From the human T2T-CHM13v2.0 reference genome, Homo sapiens, in the NCBI RefSeq assembly GCF_009914755.1, contig NC_060931.1: a DNA stretch of 64,000 bases, one strand, 5' to 3'. The position numbers were made by a program, and so were the translations under genes. The notes below the pieces were generated by a model. The model did not search any database. It was not told where the DNA came from and saw only the letters and a list, made by a program, of their open reading frames with translations. Positions 1-17,379 of this stretch are shown here, piece after piece (the stretch's first letter is position 1; every line of letters starts with the position of its first letter).

Positions 1-1019
1 GGGGGCCCCTGAAGGAGAACTCCAGCCTGCTTGGTTGACTGAGGTTCTTCTTCCCTGAGCTTCTAGGATGTCCTTAGAGTGGGAATCCATTCCCTCTGGT
101 CGTCCCTTACCAGGCTCTTGCTCTGGGGCCTGCAGTTCACCTCTTGCTCTCTTCTAACCAGCTCTGCCAAGCTCTGCGGCTCTCCCTCCACCTTCCTGCC
201 CTGTCAGCCCACCTCTCTCAATTCCCCAAAGCATGGCTAGACCATGGGGTAACAGTTCCCACAACTTTACTTGGGATATGGAAGGAACATACAATATAGA
301 AAATAAAACATGGAAGCTGGACGCTGGATGTCTCTGGTGTTGGAGCTGGTGGTTCATGTCCCACCATGGGTCACCCCAATAGGCCTTCACTCTCCTTGAC
401 CCTCAGCTGGCTCCCACGCTGCTGGGGTGGCCCATACCCCCTCCCACAGTGCGGACGCCCTCCAGGTGCTCCTGAAGCCTCTCAGGCTCCCGCCATCTTT
501 CCCAGTACCCGAGGTGCACCCCTGCCCAGTTCCTCCTAGTGGCAGATCTCCATTCTGAGACTGGGGCTCTGTTCTCAACATTCCCTAAAGACCCTGGACA
601 CTGGGGGGCTTCTCTCTTCAGGGGACCCTTCTATCAGAGAAAAATTCGGCCTCTACTTCTAGAGAAAAAATACCACTAGCCACTTTAAAGTTTTGACAGC
701 CCTGTAGCTTCAAAGCAAACACACCAATAGGCTCTGCTGGACACTCAGTTATAAAAGCAAAACTTAAGGAGGCCACTGACTGGACCTCATCCTCTCAGCC
801 TCCCACAATGCCCCCAAGCCCTGGTGACCTCCCACTAACACAGCCTCAGCAGGATGCAGCCCCTCTCAACCCAAACTGCACTGGACATGCATACCCATTG
901 CAAGCCCCAGGCCCTCCCTGGCTCAATCCTTACCTCCCTGCAAACATGGCATCTTCTTTCCACCCTTCCCAGACCTGTCACCATGGCTTGATTTGTTTTG
1001 GGGTAAAAAATTTAAGTGT

Positions 1020-1354
1020 GTCAGGTGCAGTGGATCATGACTGTAATCCCAGCATCTTGGGAGGCTGAGGTGGGAGGATTGCTTGGGCCCAGGAGTTTGA
1101 GACCAGCCTGGGTAACATGGTGAGACCTCATCTCTAAAAAAAAAAAAAAACAAAACAAAAAAAAAAACTTAAAAAATTAGCAGGGTGTGGTGGCATGCAC
1201 CTGTAGTCTCAGCTACCTGGGAGTCTGAGGCAGGAGGATCCCTTGAACTTAAGAATTCCAGGCAGCAATGAGCTATGATCACCCCACTGCACTGCAGCCT
1301 GGGCAACAGAGTAAGACCCCATCTCAAAAAAAGAAAAAAAAGAAAAAAAGAAAA
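1020..1354 (+). mobile_element. Alu (old, AluJ-like) with expanded middle A-rich linker
   Basis: Dimeric Alu motifs (TGTAATCCCAGC, GAGACCAGCCTGG, CACTGCACTGCAGCCTGGG) and A tail. Confidence 0.9.
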
Positions 1355-2204
1355 CCCAAATATCCTAGCATCGTAAAGTGTCACCACTGGAAGGGACCGC
1401 AGAGATTATTCTGACCAACTCCCCCATTTAATAGATGAGGAAACCAAGGCCCAGGGATGTGAAGTGACCTGCCCAAAGTCCTATAACGAGTTTGCGGCAA
1501 ACCACTTAGAAAGTATTCCTGTTTTATTTTGCTCTCTTCTGAAATTAGAGAATGTCTTTTTATCACCTGTGCACTGTCCCCAGTCACATGTAACAGAAAA
1601 CCAACTTGAATTGAGGAAAAGAAGAAATTAATTCATTGGCCCATCCAGAGAACTGGGGTTGGGCTGGGATGTCTAAGTCCACCTGAATCATGTGGCCTCA
1701 GAGTGGGCAAGGAGTGGTCTCTAGGGGAAAATGGAGGTCCTGTTATCAGATGGAAGAGGCTACCAGGCAGGGTAATGAGAGGTATACACTGCAGTCCCTG
1801 ACTCGGCTGCTGCAGTTTCTCAGACTTCCCTTCCATGTGCACAACCATGTCATGTCCAACCCTGAACACACCTGCCAAAGGGAGGCAGCTGAAGTCTCAT
1901 CTAGCTATTGCATGTGGCCCTTCTGACAGCACCCATCATGTTCTCTACAGGGATCTTTCTCCACTGTCCCCTATTGATCCCTAACGTGGATACTGGGGAC
2001 CAGTTCTCCTTTTGCTTCTTTGACAATCCATTTTCTAAGTTTCATTTTGGGGGTTTCTGAGCATTGCCTTAGAGCCTCTGTCTACCATGTTTGGGGATAT
2101 TCTGGAAGCAGGCCTGTCATGGATAGTTGTCCAGTTTGTGCACTGCTCAAAGTCATCCTGCTGAGAGAGAAAGGGACTATACCTGCCCAGACAAGGAGGG
2201 GTGC

Positions 2205-2562
2205 TGATATGGGCTGGCTGTGTCCCCACCCAAATCTCATCTTGAATTCCTGCATGTTATGGGATAGACCCAGTGGGAGGTAATTGAATCATGGAGGCAG
2301 GTCTTTCCTGTGCTGTTCTTGTGATAGTGAATAAGTCTCATGAGATCTGACGGTTTTTAAAAAGGGGAGTTTCCCTGCACAAGCTCTCTCTCTTTGCCTG
2401 CTGCCATCCATGTAAGATGTGACTTGCTCCTCCTTGCCTTCTGCCATGATTGTGAGGCTTCTGCAGCCATGTGGAACTGTAAGTCTAATTAAACCTCTTT
2501 CATTTGTAAATTGCCCAGTCTCAGGTATATCTTTATCAGCAGTGTGAACATGGACCAAAACA
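2205..2562 (+). mobile_element. THE1-family (ERVL-MaLR) solo LTR
   Basis: Begins TGATATGG...GTGTCCCCACCCAAATCTCATCTTGAATT and ends ...CTTTATCAGCAGTGTGAACATGGACCAAAACA; 358 bp; perfect 5-bp TSD GGTGC at 2200-2204 and 2563-2567. Confidence 0.9.
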
Positions 2563-3865
2563 GGTGCCTTTCTGCATTTTACATAAAGGCTCTGATAGGC
2601 TAGAATTGGTCCCCTTTTCTGAAAATACAAACACTTTAAAAGCTTAATAGGTGCATCAATTAGAATGCTTTTTTCAACAACAGAAACTCCAACTAACAAA
2701 AAAGAAATGTATATTCTTTCATATATATATGACCTATATATATATATAGACCTAAACATATACATAAACATATATATATACATATATAGTCTGAAGGTGA
2801 GGCAACAGACCTGACAGTATCCAGAAAAAGGTGCCCTCTTTTGGGGAGTGGGGCAACCTTTTCTAGAAGCTTCCTCACGGGCCTCCTCTCATGTCTGATT
2901 GGTAAAGCTGGGTCATGTGCCCACCTTTAAACCAGTGACTTGCAAAAGCCAATGAGATCTCTTCAATTGTCTTAGACCAGTCAGAATTTGTCCCTGAGCT
3001 GGCAATGGCAGTGTTTCTGGGGGCGGATGCCGACATACAATCTGGTTTATTTAGCAGGGAAGAAACAGGGAGGGATGCTGTGGGCCACAGTCAGCGTGGC
3101 TGCTGCAGGCCTCCCACTGTTTGCGTTCTGGCACTTGCCCGTGACTCATTCTTGAATCTAGATCCCAGCCTGGTGGCTTCTTTCTCATGGTGATAGGTCC
3201 TGGTGCTATACTTACCCAGCCCTCGGCCCAGTGGCCTCCATGTTTGCCCTTGCCTTGCTTGGACCAATGTGAAACCATCACATGGAGTGGGAAGGCCCTC
3301 TGACCTAGGTTACATTCCAGCAAATTGGCCTTTACCAAGAGGTACATTTTTGGCTTCCTGAGGTGGCCGGGAGGGGCCCGAAGCATGAGGCTTAGCCCGC
3401 ACCTGAGACCCAAATTCCTCTGCCATGATGCTGCCCACTTTCTGCTGAACTTGTAGCATCGAATTCATCCTTTCCAGCCTTGCAAAAAAATATATTATAT
3501 GACTCTTGGGCATCGTAAATTGCTGGCTGGAGGTACAAGAGGCTCCCTTGGTGAGTCTGCACCCTCTCCCCCAGGCCGCCCTCTTTTTCAGAGGTGTCGT
3601 CTTTTCTGGAAGGAATTCACAGAAGGCCCAAGAACCAGCCAACATCCCCCAACATGTGTAGTGTGAGCAAAAGAGATTCAAAATTATAGGACAGCTTCAT
3701 ATTTAGGAAGAGAAAAAGAAATATTGTTTTTATAATGCAAACTAAATAAAGACCCTACAAAACCTTCCTTCCCCATGGGGAGCAGGGTAGAGAAGCCCGA
3801 GGACTCTGTGGGGCACCAGGAGATGAGGAGTAGGGAAGACATGGCTCCTGGCCTGGGGTAATTTA

Positions 3866-4041
3866 ATTTTTTTTTAATGTTTTAATTTCCTTTTTAACTT
3901 TTTAGAGAGATGGGATCTCACTCTGTTGCCCAGCCTGGGGCAATCATGGCTAACTGCAGCCTTGGACTCCCAGGCTCAAGAGATCCTCCCGTCCCAGCCT
4001 CCCAAGTAGCTGGGACTACAGGCGCCACCACGCCCAGCTAA
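3866..4041 (-). mobile_element. Alu right-arm fragment (FRAM/AluJ-like)
   Basis: T-rich tail followed by reverse-complement right monomer ending GCCCAGCTAA. Confidence 0.8.
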
Positions 4042-4181
4042 GGAAGTTTACAGTCTCCATGGAGAGACAAAAATAACATTTTAGGAGCAACGAAGAAGAA
4101 ATCAATGTAAGTTTGTGTTCAAGCACTAAATAGCGTGATGAACACCCTTCCCCACCTGGCAAAATCCTATCATAAGACCTA

Positions 4182-4482
<301 letters not shown>

Positions 4483-6028
4483 GGCCTAGGTCAAATGTCA
4501 CCTTCTTGGTAAAGTCTTCCCTGGACTTTGTGCCATAGTGTGTGTCCTTTTAGCCCTCATGGTACTTTTCATACCACATCACATCCCTGTTTAGGTCTCT
4601 TGCAGGGAGGAGAACAGTCCCCAAAAGTCCTTTGCACGTCTAATCCCTTATTGGTGACAGCTTCTTGGAGGACCTGTTAGAGGACCAACAAGTTAGTTGG
4701 TTACTTCTGTCTTCCCGCCTAGACCGTGAGCTCCCTGAGGTCAGCGAACATCTGTATTGGGTGTCGTGTCCATGTGGAGCACAGTACTTGGCCCAGAAGA
4801 ATAAGTATTGATTGAATACATCGACAAAGGGGTGAGCATTTAGAGAAGGAGCAGACAGGTGAGCCAGGAAGCAGCCAGAAGAAGCTCCAGGGAGCACTGC
4901 AGCCCTGCCAGAGGCGGGTGGGGCCAGCAAGGCTGTACAGGGGAGAGCAGGAGCTGCCGCATAGGCTCCACATCTGTTAAAAGCGGGTTTAGGGCTTTCT
5001 CACCTTCCTAGAGTTAGGTTTGGGAGATAGTTGTGGATAAATATAAGGGGGTCACTCTGTCTTGGTGTGGGAGGGTTGGCCAGCTAGGGGGTAGGGTAGG
5101 AGGCAGCGGGAGTGAATAGAAACTAGAACGGGCACTATGGCTCTCACCAGTGCCCAAGGTCGGGGTCCTGACACAGAGCAGAGCCTCTAGATGGTGCTGG
5201 GAAAGCCCTGGGGGGCCCGTGAATGAGGATGGATTTGTGGGATTTGTGATGGATTTGTCTCTAGGGTGAGATCAGCATCCAGAACCCAGTGAATTCCCCT
5301 GTGTGGGTTCCAGTTTCTCCTGGACACTGTGCAGTCCTCACAGGGGTCTGGCCCTGGCTCCCCCCGCCACACTTGCTATTCAGACGACATCTGGTTACTG
5401 TTCCCATGAAGGGCAACCCCGACCTCGGGGCCCTGTACTGGTGGGGGTGGAGGGAAATGCTGGCAAGGGTTGGGCTCCTGACCCTGCTGCTGCTGCCCGG
5501 GCTGGACTCCCACAGGACCCTAAGGCCAGCAGGAGGGGGCTGGGAAGTCCCACAGAGGGACTGCCCCGCACAGGGCCGGGGCAGCCTGGACAAAGCCGGT
5601 GTGGTGACAGGCCAAACCGACGCAAAAGGTTAGTCCACCCTGCTGGTCTCTCCAAGGCATCAGGGTCCGTGGGAGGAGGAGGTGTCCGGCACTCCGCAGG
5701 TATCTGTGCTTCACACAGGTCTAATGGGGGAGAGCCTGGGCCTGCCTGAAGCTGCCTTGGGGACAAGAGAGGGCAGAAGCCCCACTTGCTCGATCACCGG
5801 AATGAAAGGCTGGCACTCAGGAGCACGGAACAAGGAGACGCCTGGAATGAGGCCCCAGCAGGAGTGGCTGCTTGGAGTCCTGGCTCCTTCTCCGCTACCC
5901 AGTGGGCAAACAGAACCGCAGCTTTAGGGTGTGGGCAGGCAGAGTCCTGGCTGGGACTCCAGGAGGCCTCGAGCCCCCGCTGACCCTCAGGCCCCGCTGG
6001 CCCCAGATGGTCGGGGGTGGAGCTCTGG

Positions 6029-6309
<281 letters not shown>

Positions 6310-6617
6310 TAGGGATGTGGAGAGGAGGGGGTGCCCTCTGAGGGTGATGGGGAGGACTCAGCCCCCAACCAGTAGAGGAGACAGACAGACAGATACATGG
6401 CAACACAGCCAGAGAGGATGGCCTGGCACCACCTGGGACAGCTGGCAGATAAGCAACCAGGGTTGGGAAGAGGTTGTGTCTCCCAAGACAGTCTCCTGAG
6501 CCCTGGAGAAACCTGAGCTCTGAGGAGGAGTTTTCAGGAGAGGAGAAAGGAGGAGGCCTGGCTGGCTTGGAACAGAGAAATAGTCCAAACTGGGATTGAG
6601 ATAGTAACAGCGTCTAG

Positions 6618-7070
<453 letters not shown>

Positions 7071-7166
7071 TGAGCACCTGGGCAAGGGGCCGGGCCCCTT
7101 TCCAGTTCCTCCCTCTGCCTTGCTGTCTCAAAGGCCCCTCACTCTGCTCCTGGGCCATTTCCCTGA

Positions 7167-7652
<486 letters not shown>

Positions 7653-7830
7653 TAGGGCCAAGGCCAGGGCCAGCCTGGGTGTGCGCAGCGCCTGCTCTGT
7701 TTCCATGTGGCCTGTGTGGTCGTAGCTCCATTGCAGGGCTCGCAGCAGGCTGGGACGGTGGGGCTGCTAAGGGAAGCATCTGGGTGCCCAGAAGCTATTA
7801 AGGCCAGTGGTCTCTTCTTTCACACCTCAG

Positions 7831-7932
7831 ATCTATGACTTCCTGGACCTGCTGGTGGCGGAGAACCCGCACCTTGTCAGCAAGATCCAGATTGGCAACA
7901 CCTATGAAGGGCGTCCCATTTACGTGCTGAAG
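7831..7932 (+). CDS. CPA1: CPA1 exon 4 (IYDFLDLL...GRPIYVLK)
   Basis: CTCAG| acceptor, AAG|GTAACA donor; 102 nt. Confidence 0.98.
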
Positions 7933-8193
7933 GTAACATCCACATGTGGACATACACAGGGGAGAATGGACCCACACGTGGCATCCGTGATGGGCGTGGG
8001 CTCTCCCGGGGAAATCATGGTACCAGGGAACACGCTGTTAAATGGACTCCCCATGCAGACATTTGGAAAGGCCTGAGTCTCCACCCTGGTCTTGGCGTGT
8101 GCACTCCTGCCCATACACAAAGACAGGTGATCCAGTGTTTCCAATCAAGTGTCCATTGTGGAAGGTACTGTAGAGTCTGGGTAGTCCAGATAA

Positions 8194-8803
<610 letters not shown>

Positions 8804-9112
8804 AGATAAAGTGTTTTGTTTGTGATGTCCCCCAGAGAACTGTCCGAGCAGCAGAACAGGGGAAGGGCCAGGGGCCTGGTCAAGTCATATTCACCCCAAG
8901 CTTGGGCTGAGGGCAGGAGGCCAAGCTCTGTGGGATCCCTGTCCAGCCCCCAGCCCCAAACCCACCTGAGTGATGGCCCCACAAGCAGAGCCTCTACCTG
9001 AGATACACAGAGAGCAGGTGGTCTCTGGCCCAGGTCGGGGTCTCCTTCAGGGCAGCAAGATGAGGCCTCAGCTGTGAAATTGCCTCTGATCACTCCCCTG
9101 CCTCCTCTCCAG

Positions 9113-9579
<467 letters not shown>

Positions 9580-9644
9580 TAGTTCACCCCTAATCTCAAG
9601 CCCCAGAAGTCAAGGGAGGGGCAATCAGACCTGTGCTCCTAGCC

Positions 9645-9860
9645 GAGGGTGTCTCAACAGTGGCGTGATTGGCATTTGGGGTGAATGATTCTTTGTCATG
9701 GGGGCTGTCCTGTGCATCCACGGTGTTTCTAGCATCCTAACCTTACACCCATTCAATGCCAGTAGGAGCCCCCCTCTCCAGTGGTGACAACCAAAATGTC
9801 TTCAGATATTGCAAAATATCGCAGGGGAGGGTCAAGATTGTCCCCAGTGGAGGCCCACTG
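9645..9860 (-). mobile_element. MER20-like hAT DNA transposon fossil
   Basis: GGGGGCTGTCCTGTGCAT...TGCCAGTAG...GTGACAACCAAAATGTCTTCAGATATTGC; reverse complement of the element at 57599. Confidence 0.75.
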
Positions 9861-10257
9861 CCCCAGACCTTACTTCCTGGTCCTACTTCTATTTTTACGG
9901 CAAATAAAACATCTGACCAATGACATGGGGCCACAGTGGTGGTGGAGGACACCTCGCAGCTTCTTCGCCATATAGAACCCTCTGGCCAAATGCCATCCTA
10001 TGGCCTTCCCCACTCTCTTTCACCCGATGCCCCCTCTGCTGATCTTCCTCCCCGACAACCAGCTGGGAGTGGATCCCATCCCAAGCTGTGCCTGCAGCTC
10101 AGCTTCCAATCAGGGCACTTGTGTTGAGGGCTTCCACCTCCAGGGAGCCCTCCCCTCAGTCCACTCTGCTCTCTGCAGCCTCTGAACCACCCCCCACCCA
10201 GCACTGTGACAAGCGTCACACGTGCCTCGGGGTGGCTGATCCCATTTCCTTCCTCAG

Positions 10258-10348
10258 AATCGCATGTGGCGCAAGACTCGGTCCCACACAGCAGGCTCCC
10301 TCTGTATTGGCGTGGACCCCAACAGGAACTGGGACGCTGGCTTTGGGT
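10258..10348 (+). CDS. CPA1: CPA1 exon 7 (NRMWRKTRS...[13 protein letters not shown]; Arg127, Asn144-Arg145)
   Basis: WRK and DPNRNW motifs; 91 nt; T|GTAAGG donor. Confidence 0.98.
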
Positions 10349-10764
10349 GTAAGGCCCAGAGTGTCTTGGGAGCAAGGATGGGATGGCCTCGAATGGCTCC
10401 TCACCACTGCTCTTGCTCCCCGCCTCTCTCCTGCCCCTGCAGTGAGGGGAGGGTTGGGGGTGGCAGCTCTGCCTCTGAGGGCTCTTGGGGATGGAGGCTG
10501 TGCTCTGAGAGTTGGTTGTTACTCGCCTGCAAAAGGCAAGTTGCTTGCAAATGGGCTAAGGTCTGAAATCCTACCTAGGGGGCTTCTAGCTTAACCTCAA
10601 GTCCTCCCGCCTTGGCCACGTCTCTGTGAGAACTGGTCTCCACTGAGGAGCCCGTCTTCCCTCCCTGGGTGTGTCCATCAGCTCTGCCCAAACCAGGCTG
10701 GGAGGGCAGTTCCCCCAGGTTATAGAAGGCCTTTGGGCTTTCCTGAATCCAGGGGTGGGAGTGA

Positions 10765-11172
<408 letters not shown>

Positions 11173-11473
11173 TGACACCCTTCCTTCCCTGATGGCTTGG
11201 GAAGACCAGCGGGTGGACTAACCATTTTTTCTGGGAAACTGAGGCACAGGAGTGATGGAGTCACTTCTGTAATGTGACAGAGCAAGGGGCAGGGCTAGAC
11301 TTCGATCTTAGGCACCACATGTGGAGGTGCATGTGCCTGAAGGGCAGGGAAGGCCAGCCGGACACCCTGAAGGGCCAGAAAACTGTGCTGACAGGCTCCC
11401 GGGCTGAGCTTCCAGGCTAAGCAGGCTCTGTGCTCCCTGCTGGAGGCCCACTTCTGCAGGGTGCTTCTCCTAG

Positions 11474-11656
<183 letters not shown>

Positions 11657-11971
11657 TAGGGTCTCTCTTGATGGGCCTGCGAGGAACATCTGCTGGCTCT
11701 TCCTGACCGAGGGAGTATCCCTCATGGAAGGAAGTAGCCAAGGGCACCCAGATCTGTCAACTGCTGGCAAGGGCTATTCTGAGGGGTGGGCAGTCCCTTT
11801 TCCTGACATGAACTCTGCTTCCTTTGATACTTTCAGACAAATGTGAATTCCTCTGACAGCTCTTGTCCTCTTGTGTTGGGGCCAAGTCTAGTTTCTTGGT
11901 TGGATGGGGTGGAGAGTCCTGCTGGGATTTGCAGATCACCAGGAAATTCAACTTAAAAAAACACTTCTCGG

Positions 11972-12322
<351 letters not shown>

Positions 12323-12379
12323 TCACTTACTTATTCATGCAGTGCCCCTGAGAGGAGCATTACTGAATCAAAATGGAAT

Positions 12380-12800
12380 TAACTCAACAAATGTTTATTG
12401 AACACCTACTATACACCAGGCCCTGTTTCATGTACTTGGGATATAGCCATGAATGAAATAAGCAAAGATCAGGGAACTTTCTAGCCAGGGAGACCAACAA
12501 TGAACATAAATAAGTAAATGATACAGTATGTGAGGTGACGAATGCTGGGGAGGAAAACTAAAACTAGACCAGGTGAGGTGAATCGGGAACACTGGGGGTG
12601 GAGGTGGGGCAGGTGGGTTGAAGGGTGGGCCTCATTGACAGAGTGACATTTGGGCAACTATTGAAGGAAGTGGGTGGAGGAGGTGGCAGCCAGGAGGCTA
12701 TCCAGCTAGGAAGAGCCTTCCAGGCAGAGGAACATTCTAGAGCAAAGGCTCTACAGTGTGGTCTGGCCGGGGATGTTGCTGGAACAACAAGACTGGTGTG
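12380..12800 (-). mobile_element. L2 fragment
   Basis: CAACAAATGTTTATTGAACACCTACT matches the reverse L2 3' end; followed by typical GGTGACATTTG...CCAGGCAGAGGAACA remnants. Confidence 0.65.
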
Positions 12801-13514
12801 GCTGCCTCCAAGTAAGTGAAGGTCAAAGCTGGGTAGAAGGCTGAGGGGGCAGGGCTGCGTACACACCTCACACGCTTCCTGCCTGAGTGCCTAGGCCTTG
12901 GTGGGCAAGCAGGTCACAATCTTATCCAAGGTTGACCTCACTTTTGGACTCCAGGCCTTCTTTGGAAACTGATTCAACTCTGAGTCAAGGTTTTGCTTCA
13001 TTCAACATGGTCAAGTTAAATTCTGATATGCAGCCTACTGCTCTCTCCTGGGCCAATTCAAAAGTGGCTTCATTACCCACTGTTAATTACAGTTTCCCGG
13101 GCAAAGTTTCCTCCTAAAAGAAAGACAAGGGGCTTTTGCTTTGACTCTGGCTCTTTGCACTTTCCCCCTCACAGACCAGAGCCCCAGGGGAACAAATCCT
13201 GGTTACCCAAGCAGGGAACTCGGTATATTTAGGGGCTTCACCGAAAGGGCTGTTGGACAGAGGCTGTTTTCAGAGGGGCTTGTGCAATTGCAGAGACTTC
13301 CTTGCATCCCCTAGTGAATAGGGGAACCATTGCTGGTCTCCTCTTTGGACCTCTTGGCTTAGACCTTTTAGTGGGAGTTTCTTGGAAGTGAGGCTGCTTG
13401 GTCAACAGCAGACCTTAGTAGACACTGACTCCACTCAGCATTGCACAAGGCACAGAGCTTTGGACAGGGTTGGATCGTTAACCCAACCCGTGTAAATATT
13501 CCCAAAGTGATTGA

Positions 13515-13733
<219 letters not shown>

Positions 13734-13787
13734 GCTGACCCTTTGACACCCTTCTTGTCCTCCTCTCTGGCCCCATCCAGGCAACCA

Positions 13788-13793
13788 AATAAA
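13788..13793 (+). terminator. CPA1: CPA1 polyadenylation signal AATAAA
   Basis: AATAAA 54 nt after the stop, with GT-rich sequence downstream. Confidence 0.9.
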
Positions 13794-14339
13794 GTTTGAG
13801 TGTACCAGGAACAGAATCCTGGGGCTTGCATGTGGAGTGTCTGCCTCTTCAAGCTGGGGCAAAAGTGATTTAATTCCTGCAGGCCTCACTGGAAATGTGT
13901 GGGTGGTTGGACTAGATGACCCCTACATTCCCCTGCATTCCAACATCCTGTGAAGTCGTATCCAAGTGGTGTCTGTTTTAATTAGACCACCCTGAGTTCA
14001 GCTCACCAGTGGGATGATTTGTTCATACCTTAGTAGCAAGCAGCAGCAACAGCTGCTAACCAAATGCCCGGCACCCCACAGTGGTGTGGAATTCGGCGTG
14101 TACAAAGGTCTAGCTAGCTGTGTCCATTCATCTATAAAAGCAACAACCTAGAAGATGAAATATAATAATCCAGGTGGCCACTGCTGTCCAAAATAGATGT
14201 TGCAGCCAAGTAAAACAGATTACTAAAGAGCAAAATATCATCTTCCATTCCGGAATCAAATTGGAAGAAAACAATTGGGTTAAATAAAATCATTAACTGC
14301 AGATAAAGAACCAATCCAAAGGCCAATCCCAAGACATTT

Positions 14340-14503
<164 letters not shown>

Positions 14504-14772
14504 TAATTATATATTCTGAAGATTTTGCCTTTAGGGATAGAAATCACCCACTTTTCATTTGCCACATCCTTCCCAGCGTCTTTGGTACATGGTTCTGCTC
14601 CCTCGTGTTTCCATCCACCCCACTCCTTCCCATTCTCCTGTTGAGACCACAGCTCCTAGGCTTTAGCTTCCCTTCTTCAGCTTGGTGATCCTGATGCAAG
14701 TGATATTACAATTAGCAGCTAGCATGACTACATAAGATATCCCAACTTGTTTCAAAGCAAGAATCTCCCTTT

Positions 14773-15170
<398 letters not shown>

Positions 15171-15451
15171 AATCTCCCTTTGTTTCTTCCATATCACTTC
15201 AGGTGTGAATGTGGAGCAGGGGGTTTTCCCACAGACTCTGCTGGGGAAGTGAGTGGATTGGGGCTGGAGTGAGGATGGCAGCTTCTCTCTCTAGCAGCCA
15301 GGCCAGGTTTCAAGAAGCATCCAGCTCTGTTGACTTGAGTCTTTTCCATATAAAATGGCCTGAAGGCCAAAAATGCCTTTTTTTAAAAAAAAGAGGAACA
15401 TTGATGGAATTTTCATCTTGGACTTTTATTTTATTATTATTTTTGCTATCA

Positions 15452-15786
<335 letters not shown>

Positions 15787-16530
15787 GATGAGGCTCTATG
15801 TATGTATTGTTACATTTTGTATGTATTTGTTACATTATTACATTATATCATTTACATAAACGTATAAACATGTAAATTTATGAGACGAGGTAAAATGGTG
15901 TTTCAGTCTTTACAGAAAGATGACCTAAAAGATTTGATAACACCCTCTTCAAGTTATCTTTTAGAAAATGCTTCCCTTCAATCTATATAACGACATTATA
16001 ACTCTCTTCTCAAAACCCATTTTAACTGCTTAGTTTGAGTGAGTAGGAAGCTGATCACCTTTTGTTTAATGAAGACTGATAAGAGAAGAAATATTAAGTT
16101 AGCATGACAATTTATCACTTTATAAAACTGGAGCACTAGACTTTGATGGTAGAATTGCTTAATTTAAAATAAACTGTGCTTCCCGACAGCAGGAACCACC
16201 TTGTTTGGCATTCAATCCCCAATAGCGTTAACAGTACCTGACACATAGATGCCTAATAAATACCTGTTGAGTGAATGCTCTCTACTTTTATTAGTGAATT
16301 CATAAATGTTATGATCTGTATGTTGTAGGCTTGCTGAAAACACCCTGTGCAAGTTATTTTGAATTCCCAGAGTTGAGTAAGTCTTAAGAAAGCTGAAGTC
16401 AATGAATGAATGTCAATTGCACAAGGGCAAGGATTGCTTTGTTTTGTTCACCATTTAACCCCCACTGCTTGGCCAAGTGCACAGCACACAGTAATAATAT
16501 TGGTATTAATATCAATAATAATAAATGCTT

Positions 16531-17047
<517 letters not shown>

Positions 17048-17143
17048 TCAAGTATGGGAAGAGATTTACATTTTGTTTGTAGATACACATTTTTACAAAT
17101 CTATGGGTGAAGACACTTAAAATTCTTAAGTAAAAACATAAAG

Positions 17144-17358
17144 CTAAAAGACAATTTTGGAAAATATTGCAACTTAAAAATGAAAGTATTGATATGAAAA
17201 TAAGTATTAATAACCTAAAAGACAATTTTGGAAAATATTGCAACTTAAAAATGAAAGTATTGATATGAAAATAAGTATTAATAACCTAAAAGACAATTTT
17301 GGAAAATATTGCAACTTAAAAATGAAAGTATTGATATGAAAATAAGTATTAATAACCT
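17144..17358. repeat. Perfect tandem repeat, 3 x 71 bp
   Basis: Unit CTAAAAGACAATTTTGG...AAGTATTAATAAC starts at 17144, 17215 and 17286. Confidence 0.97.
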
Positions 17359-17379
17359 TGAGGGGTTAAAATAATAAAA

